Below the pieces are notes generated by a model. That model was not told where the DNA came from, did no database searches, and saw nothing but the letters and a program-made list of their open reading frames with translations. A DNA stretch of 63,063 nt, filler included, from Folioceros fuciformis (taxonomy: Eukaryota): assembly GCA_049999805.1 (NCBI GenBank). It is 3 parts of 3 records of this genome, joined end to end, with 100 filler letters (N's around TTAATTAATTAA, not from the genome) between each part and the next. Parts side by side here need not be neighbours in the genome. Positions count along the whole stretch, not along the records: positions 38,653 to 63,063 come from JBNGIO010004200.1; 2 more parts are not named here. The stretch is one strand, 5' to 3'. Numbering within the stretch: position 1 is the first letter of the stretch; each line of letters begins with the position of its first letter. A program made the position numbers and the translations under genes. Shown here piece after piece: positions 47,961 through 63,063 of this stretch.

Positions 47961-48878
47961 AGAAAACTCAACTCTAGAAAAGAAAGGATAATAATCGAGA
48001 TCCTCATTCTAGGAATTGTAAGTAAGCATCAAGGATTTAGCCAATCAAGCTAAGTTTTGCATCCTCATGATTACCTCTTGTTCAACATTCACTAAGCTTG
48101 CTTGATTTTGTTTTTGCTTAGCCTGTTTGAGTTTAATTAACAACAAAAAGCTATGACAGCTTATAATATTAACAAGAAGTTTAAAGATGAATTAAAATAT
48201 TGTTAAAAAAACTATTTGTTAAGCTTTATTAGAGGACTAGTGTTCCGATCACCTTAGGTGGTTTGTCCCACCTCTTTAGCTATAGATGGTTTTGTATTTT
48301 AATTTTCTATCTATTGTCAAATCTCATTTAAGATTCCTTCCAAAAAATCATAAAAAAAGGTAAAAATTTTAGGCATAATTAATTTATTTTACTGAAAATG
48401 ATGATGTGAAGACTTTATTAAAGAAGAGATGAAGAATCATTTACCCTTAAGCCAAAGAGAAACAGCTGGCTGAAGGATAATAAAAAGTGGGGAAACTAAG
48501 TTATGGGATCACACCTTTCGAAATCACGAATCAGATAAAGGACTTTGAATAGTCTATCACAGGAGCTAAAGAAGCAAGCTTCTCCTAGGCTTACTAAATT
48601 TATAACACATTGGCCGTTTGCCAGCGCCCTTAGGTGAAGCAACGATATGACCTGCAGAAAGAAAATAACTATACAGAAAAAAAAAGACTGAAAAGGGCTT
48701 TGGCATAAAAAAATAGATATTTCTCAAACAATATCCATAAAATCTACACCTGGAACTCTGCCGTAAGCACTGAAGAATCCGGTTTCGTAAGGCACGGATT
48801 TACATTTTTGAGAAACCATGGTATTCCGCGGGGAAGCTTGAACGAGGAGAGTTGTGCATCTGCAGCTGCTCAGGAAAC

Positions 48879-49391
48879 ATGGAGACGAGCCTGAGAGTAG
48901 ACTCCAGTAGGCGCTCCCTGGCGCTCTACTTCACAGAGCGCTTTGTGCATCCACCGAGCAATACTGGAGTGAGGCTATCGGGCCTGCTCAACACCAAGGA
49001 TGGCACTGTGGACGGGGAGGTGCAGGTGCGGAAGCGTTTTCTTCCAACGGTCCTGGACGCCGTGGACACGACTCTTCGCTATGGCACAGATTCTTGGGAG
49101 CCTTTGCGGTGCTCCCTGTCGGCCAAGAAGTCGTGGCCGCTCACTGACGACGGCCTGCTGACCGTGGACGTCAAGAGCCGGTTGAGCTATGGCTATAGCC
49201 GGAAGGAGGTGAGCGCTAGGGCCTGCCTTGAGCTCAGCAGGAAGATCTACTATTTTACCGAGGGCCAGGACCTCAAGATGATGCTCGGTTATGATATTGT
49301 GAACCGCCAAGTTTATGCTAAGCTGCGAGAAAACAATTGGACTTTCAACACGGATTTTCGAGGCAACTGGATGCTGCTCTATGATCTCTGA
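48879..49391 (+). CDS. OEP21: Chloroplast outer envelope pore protein 21 (170 aa, intronless)
   Basis: METSLR N-terminus; G.LNTKDG; AKK.WP.T.DGLL; ELS.KI..F...QDLK...GYD; RENNWTFNTDFRGNW...YDL C-terminus. Confidence 0.9.
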   Translation: METSLRVDSSRRSLALYFTERFVHPPSNTGVRLSGLLNTKDGTVDGEVQVRKRFLPTVLDAVDTTLRYGTDSWEPLRCSLSAKKSWPLTDDGLLTVDVKSRLSYGYSRKEVSARACLELSRKIYYFTEGQDLKMMLGYDIVNRQVYAKLRENNWTFNTDFRGNWMLLYDL

Positions 49392-49606
49392 ATGCGGCAG
49401 TTGCTTTCGATTCATTCTATGGTGTCTTCCGGTCGTGTCAATGAACGTCAATAGCACGTGACGACTTGATGCAGGGTGGTCAGAGAAACATTTTTTGGTT
49501 CATCGTCAGAAAATGTCGTCTCCCTCATTTTTGAGCCAGGGGGATTGTCGTTCCATTTCAACTCAAGGATCTTTGCCACCACTTTCTCGTACTCGACAAA
49601 AGAATC

Positions 49607-49910
49607 TGGACTTTCGACACGGATTTTCCAGGCAACTGGGTGCTGCTCTATGATGCTTGGATGCTGCTCTATGATGCCTGGATGCCGCTCTATGATGCCT
49701 GGACGTAGCTCTATGATCTCTGAAAGCAGCATTGGCTTCTGGTTGATTCTATGTTGTCGGATTCGTTCCATGTTGTCTTCTGCTCATGTCAATGAAGGTG
49801 ACGACTTGATGCAGAATGATCAGAGAAACAATTCTAGATTCTCGGAGGAATGTGTTCTTGCTCACTTTTGGATCAGGGGATCGCTGTCTCATTGTCTACA
49901 AACTCGAAGT
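49607..49910 (+). repeat. Tandem duplicate of the OEP21 last ~17 codons and 3' UTR, with an internal 21-bp unit x4
   Basis: Aligns to 49338-~49570; reads WTFDTDFPGNWVLLYDAWMLLYDAWMPLYDAWT*LYDL*. Confidence 0.85.
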
Positions 49911-50360
49911 GTTTTTGATTCTTCTCGTCCTGGATTATGAATTTGGATTAAGAAGGTAATGGAGTAATACGAATGTGGATCATGTCTCTCATGTCAAATC
50001 CAAGACAACAGATCATGAGCCAGTGGAAAGAATGGCTTTCCAATCAATTTCAATAGATCTTATGATTACAAATTTGTTGTTCCCATTGACAGGGATCACA
50101 CCTAGATTAGCTTGGTACATGTACAAGGAACAGCGATGTCCTGGAAGAATCATGTAGGGTTTTACCCTAAAAACTACGACAAAACAATAAGCTAAAAAAA
50201 AATGGATCTTACTACCTCCTAAATCGCCTGTGGTCGATTAAAACTTCCGTGTGCCTGCTTGTTCCGCAATGGAGGAAACTTTTGATCACCTCAAAGGACA
50301 AAGCGGGTGTTGAGCAACTCTGCAGCGAGAAACTTCATTAAACCTTCTTTCAGTGACGCA

Positions 50361-54988
<4,628 letters not shown>

Positions 54989-57900
54989 GCGTCTCCTTCT
55001 CTTCCCACCTCACGGCTGCGTCCCCAGGAACCCTCCACCCTCGCTCGCGCTCCTCTTGCTGCTGCACAGCAGCACTGGGATGGCGCACGGGAGGACGGAC
55101 ACGCAGCACCCGCTGCCTTCGCTTCTGGGAGCGATGGCGCACCCGAACGCCTTTCTACCCCGGACGCCGGGCGGAAACCCCGGAGCGAGATCCAACTCCT
55201 TCCTTCCTTCCCCACCAGCCAGCAGCCCCGGCCCAGCAGAATTCCTGCTCTGCACTGCCAGTCCTGGCCCCGCTCCCGGGGCCTCCGAACTTTGATCAAT
55301 CCGCTGCACAGCGAGCCGCAATTCCGACTCGCAGTCTGTCTCCCAGTCCCAAGTGCGAGATCGCGCGCGTCTCACGGTAGCGCGTCACGACCAACCCGCG
55401 ATTCTGCTCACCACTCCTGCTCTGCTCTCTGCTATGTTGCTTGGCCCCTGCTTCTTCTCCCTGCACAAGGAAGGCCCCTTTTTGCACGCCGGAGAAAAGG
55501 TAGGTAACTTAACGCGACTGCCTGGTTATCGCCAACCTGCATGCGCAAGTGGCCAATTGCGGCTCCGCCTCTCACAACCCTCCGCTGCTTCTGTAACTCA
55601 ATCACACCCAATGCGGCTCCGTCAGGCTGTCACGGACTAAAACCATATCTCACCACACAGCAATATTTGATTTCCGATTTCGCCTACCACTTGTGCCACG
55701 GATTTCAGCACCGTCTTCCACTCTAATGTTAAGAACATGCGAAGGTCGCTGCGTAGCCTCTACCTAGCACTTCTAGACGCCACCACATCTTTCCGATTAT
55801 ATTATGGCCGTTAGGAATGGATTACCGTAGCAGTGTTAGTCTAGCGTCATACGAACTCTATACCGGGGTTGTACACTACGCACGCATTCTATACGTATAC
55901 GACGAATCTGTTTAGGTAGGCAGAAGAAAACAAAGAAAAAAGGAAAGACGGAAGGTGAGTCGTTGCGGCGGCGGCCCGATTGGCTCGCGTCCCGCGAGGC
56001 CTGACTCTCATAGGCCGCGCATTGCCGGGACTGTGCAAGACTTGCGCGATTCTGGCCCGCCAGCCACGGCCCCTGCCACACCATCGGCTCCAACCGGCAG
56101 GGCCAGGACTCCACTTGCATCTGCCTGCCACCTGTGTCGGGTGTCTGATTGAATTTGGTTGGCGATTTTATGCGCCGAAGATTGGGCGACTTGGCGTGAG
56201 GAGACCAGATGGGACCACAATCCAACCCGCGCCACATGAGGTTACAGCGGGGCTCGGGGCTGGAAACCGGATCCCTTGGTGGGAGAGAGAGGACAAGAGG
56301 AATCAACAGAAGGACAACATCTGATCAGAGTACATACAGTAAAACCAGTTGTCGTTGTGAGGTGTTGTTTGGTCGTCGGTCATAAACACAGGGTGGATCC
56401 AGTTCACGCACAATGACGGATGATACGTTGGCGTGAAGGGCACTTTTCACGCGCCCAGCAGCCATGGATGCTTCGTGAATGCACACTGCAGCAGCCAAGG
56501 ACAATGTAAGGCCCCCATCTCCAGTGCTCGACGTACATTGCAAGGACTGGAGAGGGAAGCGGTGACCTGCTTGTTGCTGTGAAGTCTGCATCTCAAGAGG
56601 GTTTCGGAGTTCTTGCTTGACCTGCCAGTTCGCAAGTCACAAGGCGTGAACCAACCGGTGAATGCAGTGCAGTGTAGTGTCAGAGTGCCTGACTGTGTAC
56701 AGTCGTACCTCAAGTCTTGTGTTCATGTGCAACTGCTTGGCAGACGGGTTGCGGTACTGTGGCCTTCAGATTCTGCTCGGGTGAGTTTGCTCAACTTGTG
56801 CTTCAGTCCGCATGGAGGGGTTAGATGAGGAAAACAGCCATGAGAGTAAGTAGCCGACGGGCGTGACGGAAGGTACAGAAAACCAGGTGGCAAATGAGGA
56901 TGTGGAATAGAAACGAGAGAGACGTCCAATCTTGCTTTACCTTCTAGTTGCTCGAGGCTTGTGACGGGGTTGGTTCAGACACTGCTCGGTTGTTTGTGCT
57001 CCGCCTAGAGAAGGAACTAGATTTAAGCATGAAACGAGCGGTGCGAGGGGAATGGCCTCACAAATACTGAACACCAGGTCAGAGGTCATGGAAAGTAAAA
57101 ACACGACGACATGCCACCTAGAGTCTTACTGACCCTCGACATCCTGGAGAAACCACTTCAATAACCATTTTTTGCATCCACAAGTGCTGATGTCTCTCAT
57201 CAGCGAGACACCAGTCCCGTACTTGCTCATCCCCTGGACATTGACAAGGAGGCCCGACACGCTTGGCAAACCTGCCCTCCTACCTATTGCAAACCTGCAC
57301 TACCTGGACTGTGTATCGTGGCAACTTGCTTTCGAGAACGAAGTGACAGACTTCCCGCACCCGTTTTGACCCGAGATGACAATTAAGCTGCGAGTCCTGA
57401 CAGACTACTTTGGTGTACCTCCTTGAGCTCGTAGGTCCCTAGAGGTGTTTGAAGAAAACTGACAACCTGTCTCTGTCAATTTTCTCATGAGGAGGGCTCC
57501 GGGAGTGACGAGATTTCACAATCATCGATAAGCAATTGAACAACAATCAACGACGATGTTAGTTAGCTACGAGTGTCTGAGACATCCCTAACATTCTCCA
57601 CAAATAAACAACACAAGTCCCCCAGGCTCTGAGACCTATCGACCTAGCACGACTGAACATCGCAACCGAAAACAACGAAACGAGGAATCGGAGCAGCAAA
57701 CAATGCTCCAAACTACTTGGCCTCCAAGCCAAGCTCAGCAGAAGGTTAGGCAGGGGAGGGCAAGATCTAGGCTACAGGAGGCTATGTACGCCGAATGCCA
57801 CCGAATTTGTGTAGAGAGGATGTCATGCAAACCCCGCCGTGATGCGCACGGATCGTTCCCATGGATTCTCGGCATTGCTCCACATCCAGGCAACGAGCGT

Positions 57901-58225
57901 CGTGGAGAGACGTGCAGAATCTTTATCTTTGCACAAATTCACTACGATAAAAATCCTTCTCCCTTGTACCCCCATTGCAACGGAGCTTGAGTCCACGGCT
58001 CCGCGGACGGACGGAGCCGCTGGGAAGTGGCAGAGGCTCGATTGCGGAGCCCGCGAGGACAACCTCGCGGGCTCCGCAATGGGACCTGAGACGCGACCCG
58101 GGCCCGTGCGTGCCCTAGAGTGAAGAAGCTCAGCTCAGCTCAGCTCGCTCTCCTGTTTCACTATAGAAAGCTCCGACGACACTCATGTCGTCTCATCTGC
58201 CTCCGACTTCGCTGCTGTAGCACGC

Positions 58226-60111
58226 ATGGAGAAAGGGCCAGACGTTGAAGAGAAAGGGTCAGTGAAGGAAGCTGAAGGGCAGGCGGATGATGGGAGCAAG
58301 GGTGGGGGGCGGCCATTGGGAACGCCCGCCTCCAAGAAGGTATCCAGTTTTGTGCGCGCGGACCTCCTGGACCTAGCCAACCTGGATGCAGCTTTAGAGA
58401 AGCACTTAATTCGGAGCCTTCGGAGCACACCTCCCAGGACGGTGGAAGAATGGGAAATAGACCCCACCAAGTTGGTGCTCAAGAATGCGATAGCTCAAGG
58501 CACCTATGGCACCGTCCACCGAGGAGTGTATGATGGCAAGGACGTTGCAGGTTATTGCTTGCGCCATAATTCAGCTCGTAGGAGTTCCGCAAGTAACAGT
58601 AGCCACACGAATCCCTTGCTACATCCATAATCTGTTGAATTTCACCTTTTTTTCCGCACCTGTTTTGGTCAGTGAAGTTGCTTGATTGGGGGGAAGAGGA
58701 TACCATGACACGAGCTGAGATTACTGCCTTGAGGAACGCTTTCAAGCAAGAAGTTAAGATTTGGTACAAGCTGGACCATCCGAATGTCACCAAGGTTATC
58801 CTGTACCTTCTCTCCTACTACCATGGATGTTTCAGAGTGTTCTTGTGGACCCTGTTCAACATGCCGGGTGTGTTTGAATTATGTTTAGGCGTCTTGCTTA
58901 TACGTAATCCATACTCAACTCTGCATGCTGAACAAAATTGACCGCTTCTAGTGTTTTTTTATGAAAAGTGAAGTCTAAGATAACATGGGAAGAGAGTGTT
59001 GAAGAGTGCTAGTCTTGGAGAGATGATGTCACTTACAGGCTTCACTGTCCTTGAAAAAGTCGCAGTTTGTAGGTGCTTCAATGGGCACTACCGACCTGCA
59101 AATCCCCTCGTTTGCTCCAGGACATGATGGATTTATTCATTTGGCATCAAACATCTGCTGTGTTGTTGCTGAGTACCTTGCCGGGGGCACTCTCAAGGAT
59201 TATCTTATTCGAAATCGGCACAGGAAGCTGGCATTTAAGATAGTCATCGAGCTGGCTCTTGATCTTGCGAGAGGGTGAGATTTGCTTGCTGGAGCTTAGT
59301 AAAATGCTTACATCTGCATCCGCTGCAGTGCTTAAGGTCCTGTGGTCCTATTGTGATTGTTCAGACTTGCATATCTACACTCCAAGAACATTGTCCACAG
59401 AGATGTGAAGACAGAAAATATGTTACTGGACTCGGGAAGAACGCTCAAGATTGCTGATTTTGGTGTTGCCCGAGTTGAAGCCAAGAATCTGAAGGACATG
59501 ACTGGTGAAACTGGAACTGTCGGGTATATGGCTCCGGAGGTATGCAGAGGTCTACCCAGTGAGGCTTGTGTGCAGACTGTATTTCTGAGATGCTCATGAA
59601 ATGCTCTCTGCTCTGTAGATACTGGTTTTGGTTTCAGTGGGAAGACTGGTGTGTGCAGGTGCTTGACGGCAGGCCATATGACAGGAAGTGCGATGTCTAC
59701 AGCTTTGGTATATGTCTCTGGGAAGTTTACTGCTGCGACATGCCTTATCCCGACCTGAACTTTGCAGACCTGGCAGCGGCCGTGGTACAGCAGGTACACC
59801 CGGAACCTACCGGTGCTAAGAGTGTCGGTGAGTTGTTTCTGTTTTTTTTCCTCATGATTCAGGACACTTCTGCATGCTAAGCTGGAGTCTTGCTTCCACA
59901 GAACCGGCGACCTGAGGTGCCGAAATGCTGCCCAAGTTCTCTAGCAAACGTTATGAGAAAATGCTGGGATCCAAATCCTGAAAAGAGGCCGACCATGAGC
60001 GACGTGGTTCAGTATTTAGAGTCAATCGATACCGCTAAGGGAGGCGGAATGCTTCCTCAGGACGCCGAGCCTAAAGGTTGCCTATGTCTGTTCAAGGCGC
60101 GAGGCCCGTAG
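58226..60111 (+). CDS. Group C Raf-like kinase (CBC1/CBC2/ATMRK1-like); exons 58226-58550, 58673-58794, 59066-59274, 59365-59539, 59659-59793, 59902-60111
   Basis: [78 protein letters not shown]-terminal RGP*; GT-AG junctions keep the frame. Confidence 0.94.
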
Positions 60112-60571
60112 TACCGGGATTCACATTTCCAGTTGGCTGATCGTGATCGGAAGGCCAAGCTGCTCTCTACCAAGGTGCAAGATGGGTTACCAACTCCAGA
60201 CCCTCGTAGTGCTGTTTTCCGGCCTGATTTTTCCCTGTAAGAGGTTCTGATAATGGATTGGAACGCTAAATTATCCATAGGCTTCATAATGTCCGTTTGC
60301 CTGTCTACTTACTTCGCTCACAAGCCCGTGCCCTTTGGATTTGTTAATGAAGAACGATTGTAGAGCCTGAGAATTAATTCATTGCTGCAAAGAGACAAGC
60401 TAGTTGTATTTTTCTGTACTTTGATGTTTTATTACTGTCCTCCTTCAAAATCAATGTAATATTAGGATTGGTTTAAGTGTTGAATAAGCCCACAATCCTA
60501 TTTGGAGTGGGAGGAAGCCCCTCACTTTATCTAAGATCAGCACCGACTTACAAGTTCAACAATCGATTTCC

Positions 60572-62490
60572 ATGGCATCAAACAGATGCAAGCTTCGAAG
60601 GCCATCCAGCTTACTCAATAGAAACAAACAGTTCTCACAAAAAAAGGTAAAGTCTTCTTTGCTAGATCTTTGCCAAGACGTAGAGAACATGGAGTTAGAG
60701 AGCACACACGAGCTGGAAAACGATGTAGAGCTTTCCCATACAAAAAGTGATGTAGAGCTTTCCCATACAAAAAGTGGAGCATCACTGGCCGACCTCTGTG
60801 ACGATGACAAGCATAAAGTTTCAACTCTAATCCACAAGGTAAGGCTTGGAGTGTAATCTTAAAATCACTAATGTTTCTTTCACATTACCAATGTTGTAAA
60901 CATCTTTCACTAATATGATACCTTTCTCCTTTCTTGGAACCACACATATGAATCAAATCTTTGTAGGACATGCAATATTTTTACAAATATTTCATGACTT
61001 CAGGTAATGGCTGCTTACAAAGAAATTGATCATCTTAAAAGTATCAGAGAAGACGAATTAGCAGCACATGTCTCCCTAGTTGCAAAATTAAGAAGTCAGA
61101 ATCAGGAAGTAGCTGATGAAGTTGCTCATATCCTTTTTGTAAAGAATGAATGAACTTACAAAGGCATGTATAGTGTGCCAACCAATTTCCTAAACTTCAT
61201 TGTTTTCCTTTCCAATGTTTGCTTAAAGGAATGCATTTGACAATTAATGCTGTGGTTTATTTTTCAGCTAATAAACTTTTTCTTAACAAGATTAATGTAT
61301 ACATCTTCGTCTAAAGGTGGCTCATCTTCAAGCTCAAATTCATATGCAAACGAAATCGTCTTCTCCAATGGTTTGAACTTGGTCTCTTTCAATGGATTCT
61401 GTTTTGCATGTTAGTTGTTGCACGTCTTTTCTTGCATAACACGTACATGTTCTTGGTTTTGTAGGTATGTGCTTTACCGATGGGTTATGCTGTTTCACCT
61501 TTGTCTCCGATACAAGAAGATGGAGAACACGAAGATGAAGATCACAAGCAAGCTGAATGCCCAAGCAAATGTGATGCAAAAACGTCATCCCTAGCCAAGG
61601 TCAAGAATGCAAATTGTAGTTCGTCAAAGCAAGTATCTAATCGTAGTAACATGGACGTGATTGACGATGAAGCAGTGAGAAAATATTCTTGTGAAAGTGA
61701 GAATGAACAACCACTTGATAGAGCAAAGACTGCCCACAAAGATGCATTCCAAGACAAAGTTAAAGATGTTGGGCATGAGGATTCCTTGGACTTGAAACGT
61801 GCTAGGGAAGATCCTCGGCCTTTACCTAATTTCCATTTGATAATGCCACTTAGCAATCCTGGAGGGACATCAAGTCTTCAAGGCTTTAAAGATGAATCAG
61901 TCTCCAACTTCAGAGACAAAGAGGCAACATGTTCTTATGGTTCTTCTGACAAAGATACAAGCGCAAATACTCACTACTATTCCACCATGAGTAACAGTAG
62001 AAATATGCAAAATGAAAGACCACCTTGGAACTCCAGTTTTGTGTGTGATACTCAGAAGACTTCAAGGATATTAACATGGCCCAACCAAGCTACATTTGTT
62101 GAAGTGAACGGAGCTGGATACAAGGTATGTATTTCAGAGAAAGGATTCTCTGCACCAGCAAAAAGGTGTAAGAGGATGAACAAGATGAAGGAAAAGTTTT
62201 CGAAATGCCCTAAGTGGCCATTGAAGAGTGAACGAGCTATGATCAAGTGGACACCAACAAAAATGGAGGGAACACCATGTGATACTGATCTTCCTCATCA
62301 TAATTATTTTACACAAGAGTGTTTTGATAATTTCATAGATTGTTCGAACAGAAAATATGTAGCTTCCAAAACTATGGGTCATTGGAATTCATATGACATT
62401 TCTCTATTAGATCTTGTTAATGAACTTGAAACTGATAGGGTTATGTTTAAATACACATTGCAAACTCAAGATGAGTCCTTTTTACCCTAG
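60572..62490 (+). CDS. KIAA1328/hinderin-like coiled-coil protein (~494 aa); exons 60572-60838, 61004-61127, 61303-61370, 61465-62490
   Basis: Spliced SLADLCDDDKHKVSTLIHKVMAAYKEID...KLRSQNQEVADEVAHLRLK resembles the KIAA1328 motif SLKDLCxEDKxxIANLI...LEEQN (recalled, not searched); all junctions are in frame, including an AT-AC intron. Confidence 0.7.
61128..61302 (+). other. U12-type (minor spliceosome) AT-AC intron
   Basis: 5' splice site ATATCCTTT, branch TTTTCTTAAC about 16 nt before the terminal AC; removal restores an open frame. Confidence 0.85.
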
Positions 62491-63063
62491 CAAGATCTTG
62501 ATTATTCCATCCTTAGGGCAAACTCAAGATGACTCTTTTCTCCCCAAGTGGGATATTAAATAAAATGAATAACCATTCCATAAAAACATGCCATCAGGAA
62601 CATTGTTTAAGCAATTAATCTTAACTATTATGAATACTTATTAAATAAAAAAGGACCATAATAGCCCCCTCAAGAGAGATACAAAATCCATAAAAGAGAT
62701 AGGTTCCAAAGTACACTCCAATGCTATGAAAATTTGAATCACTTTTAGTGACTCAAATTTTGAAGGTATTATGAACAAAGGATGATTAAACACGTAGTCG
62801 AATCTACTTTGAGATATGAAAATATGAAGTCTTACAAGTAGAAATGAAGAATCTAATAGAAAGATATAAAAGTAAACTCCAAGGAAGAAAGAAAGAAAGT
62901 CAGAGATAACAAAGTTGATTATTTAATTTTAGAAAAACAAGATGAAAAACCCATCTACCCCTAAAGACGCAAAGATGTGAGACAAATCACCAAAGAGATA
63001 CTAAATGGAACCCTCAAAATGTGCACCTCAACCTAAATATTCAGAAGAGATCATGTACTTACT

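Noticed and set aside
55300-58200. ORFs between the divergent AAA ATPase and Raf kinase genes
   Set aside because: No recognisable products; probably promoter, UTR or leader-intron sequence

Overview
Eukaryotic nuclear DNA from a streptophyte plant, probably a seed-free lineage with flagellated sperm (inferred from a KIAA1328/hinderin-like gene). The window has five assembly gaps, two of them with an artificial TTAATTAATTAA linker. Host genes: an LHCII Lhcb gene (partly in a gap), a 2xA20+AN1 stress-associated protein with an inverted pseudogene copy, a plastid GNAT10-like acetyltransferase, a DUF1644 zinc-finger protein, OEP21, a DAA1-like AAA+ ATPase, a CBC/ATMRK1-like Raf kinase, and a hinderin-like gene with an AT-AC (U12) intron. 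About 25 kb is decayed, nested Ty1/Copia retroelements, plus two remnants of an RLE-type (CRE-like) LINE and many short tandem duplications. The most unusual item is a strongly diverged, intronless, plant-type TBP-like gene at 46.1-47.6 kb. It has lost most TATA-intercalating Phe residues and occurs as a permuted pair with a ~1.26-kb repeat period. Other notable items: a Copia element with a decayed ~340-codon ORF upstream of gag and non-TG/CA hairpin-rich LTRs, a 2.8-kb SAP palindrome, and three genes whose last codons are duplicated just downstream. All family calls come from motif recognition by eye; no database searches were run.
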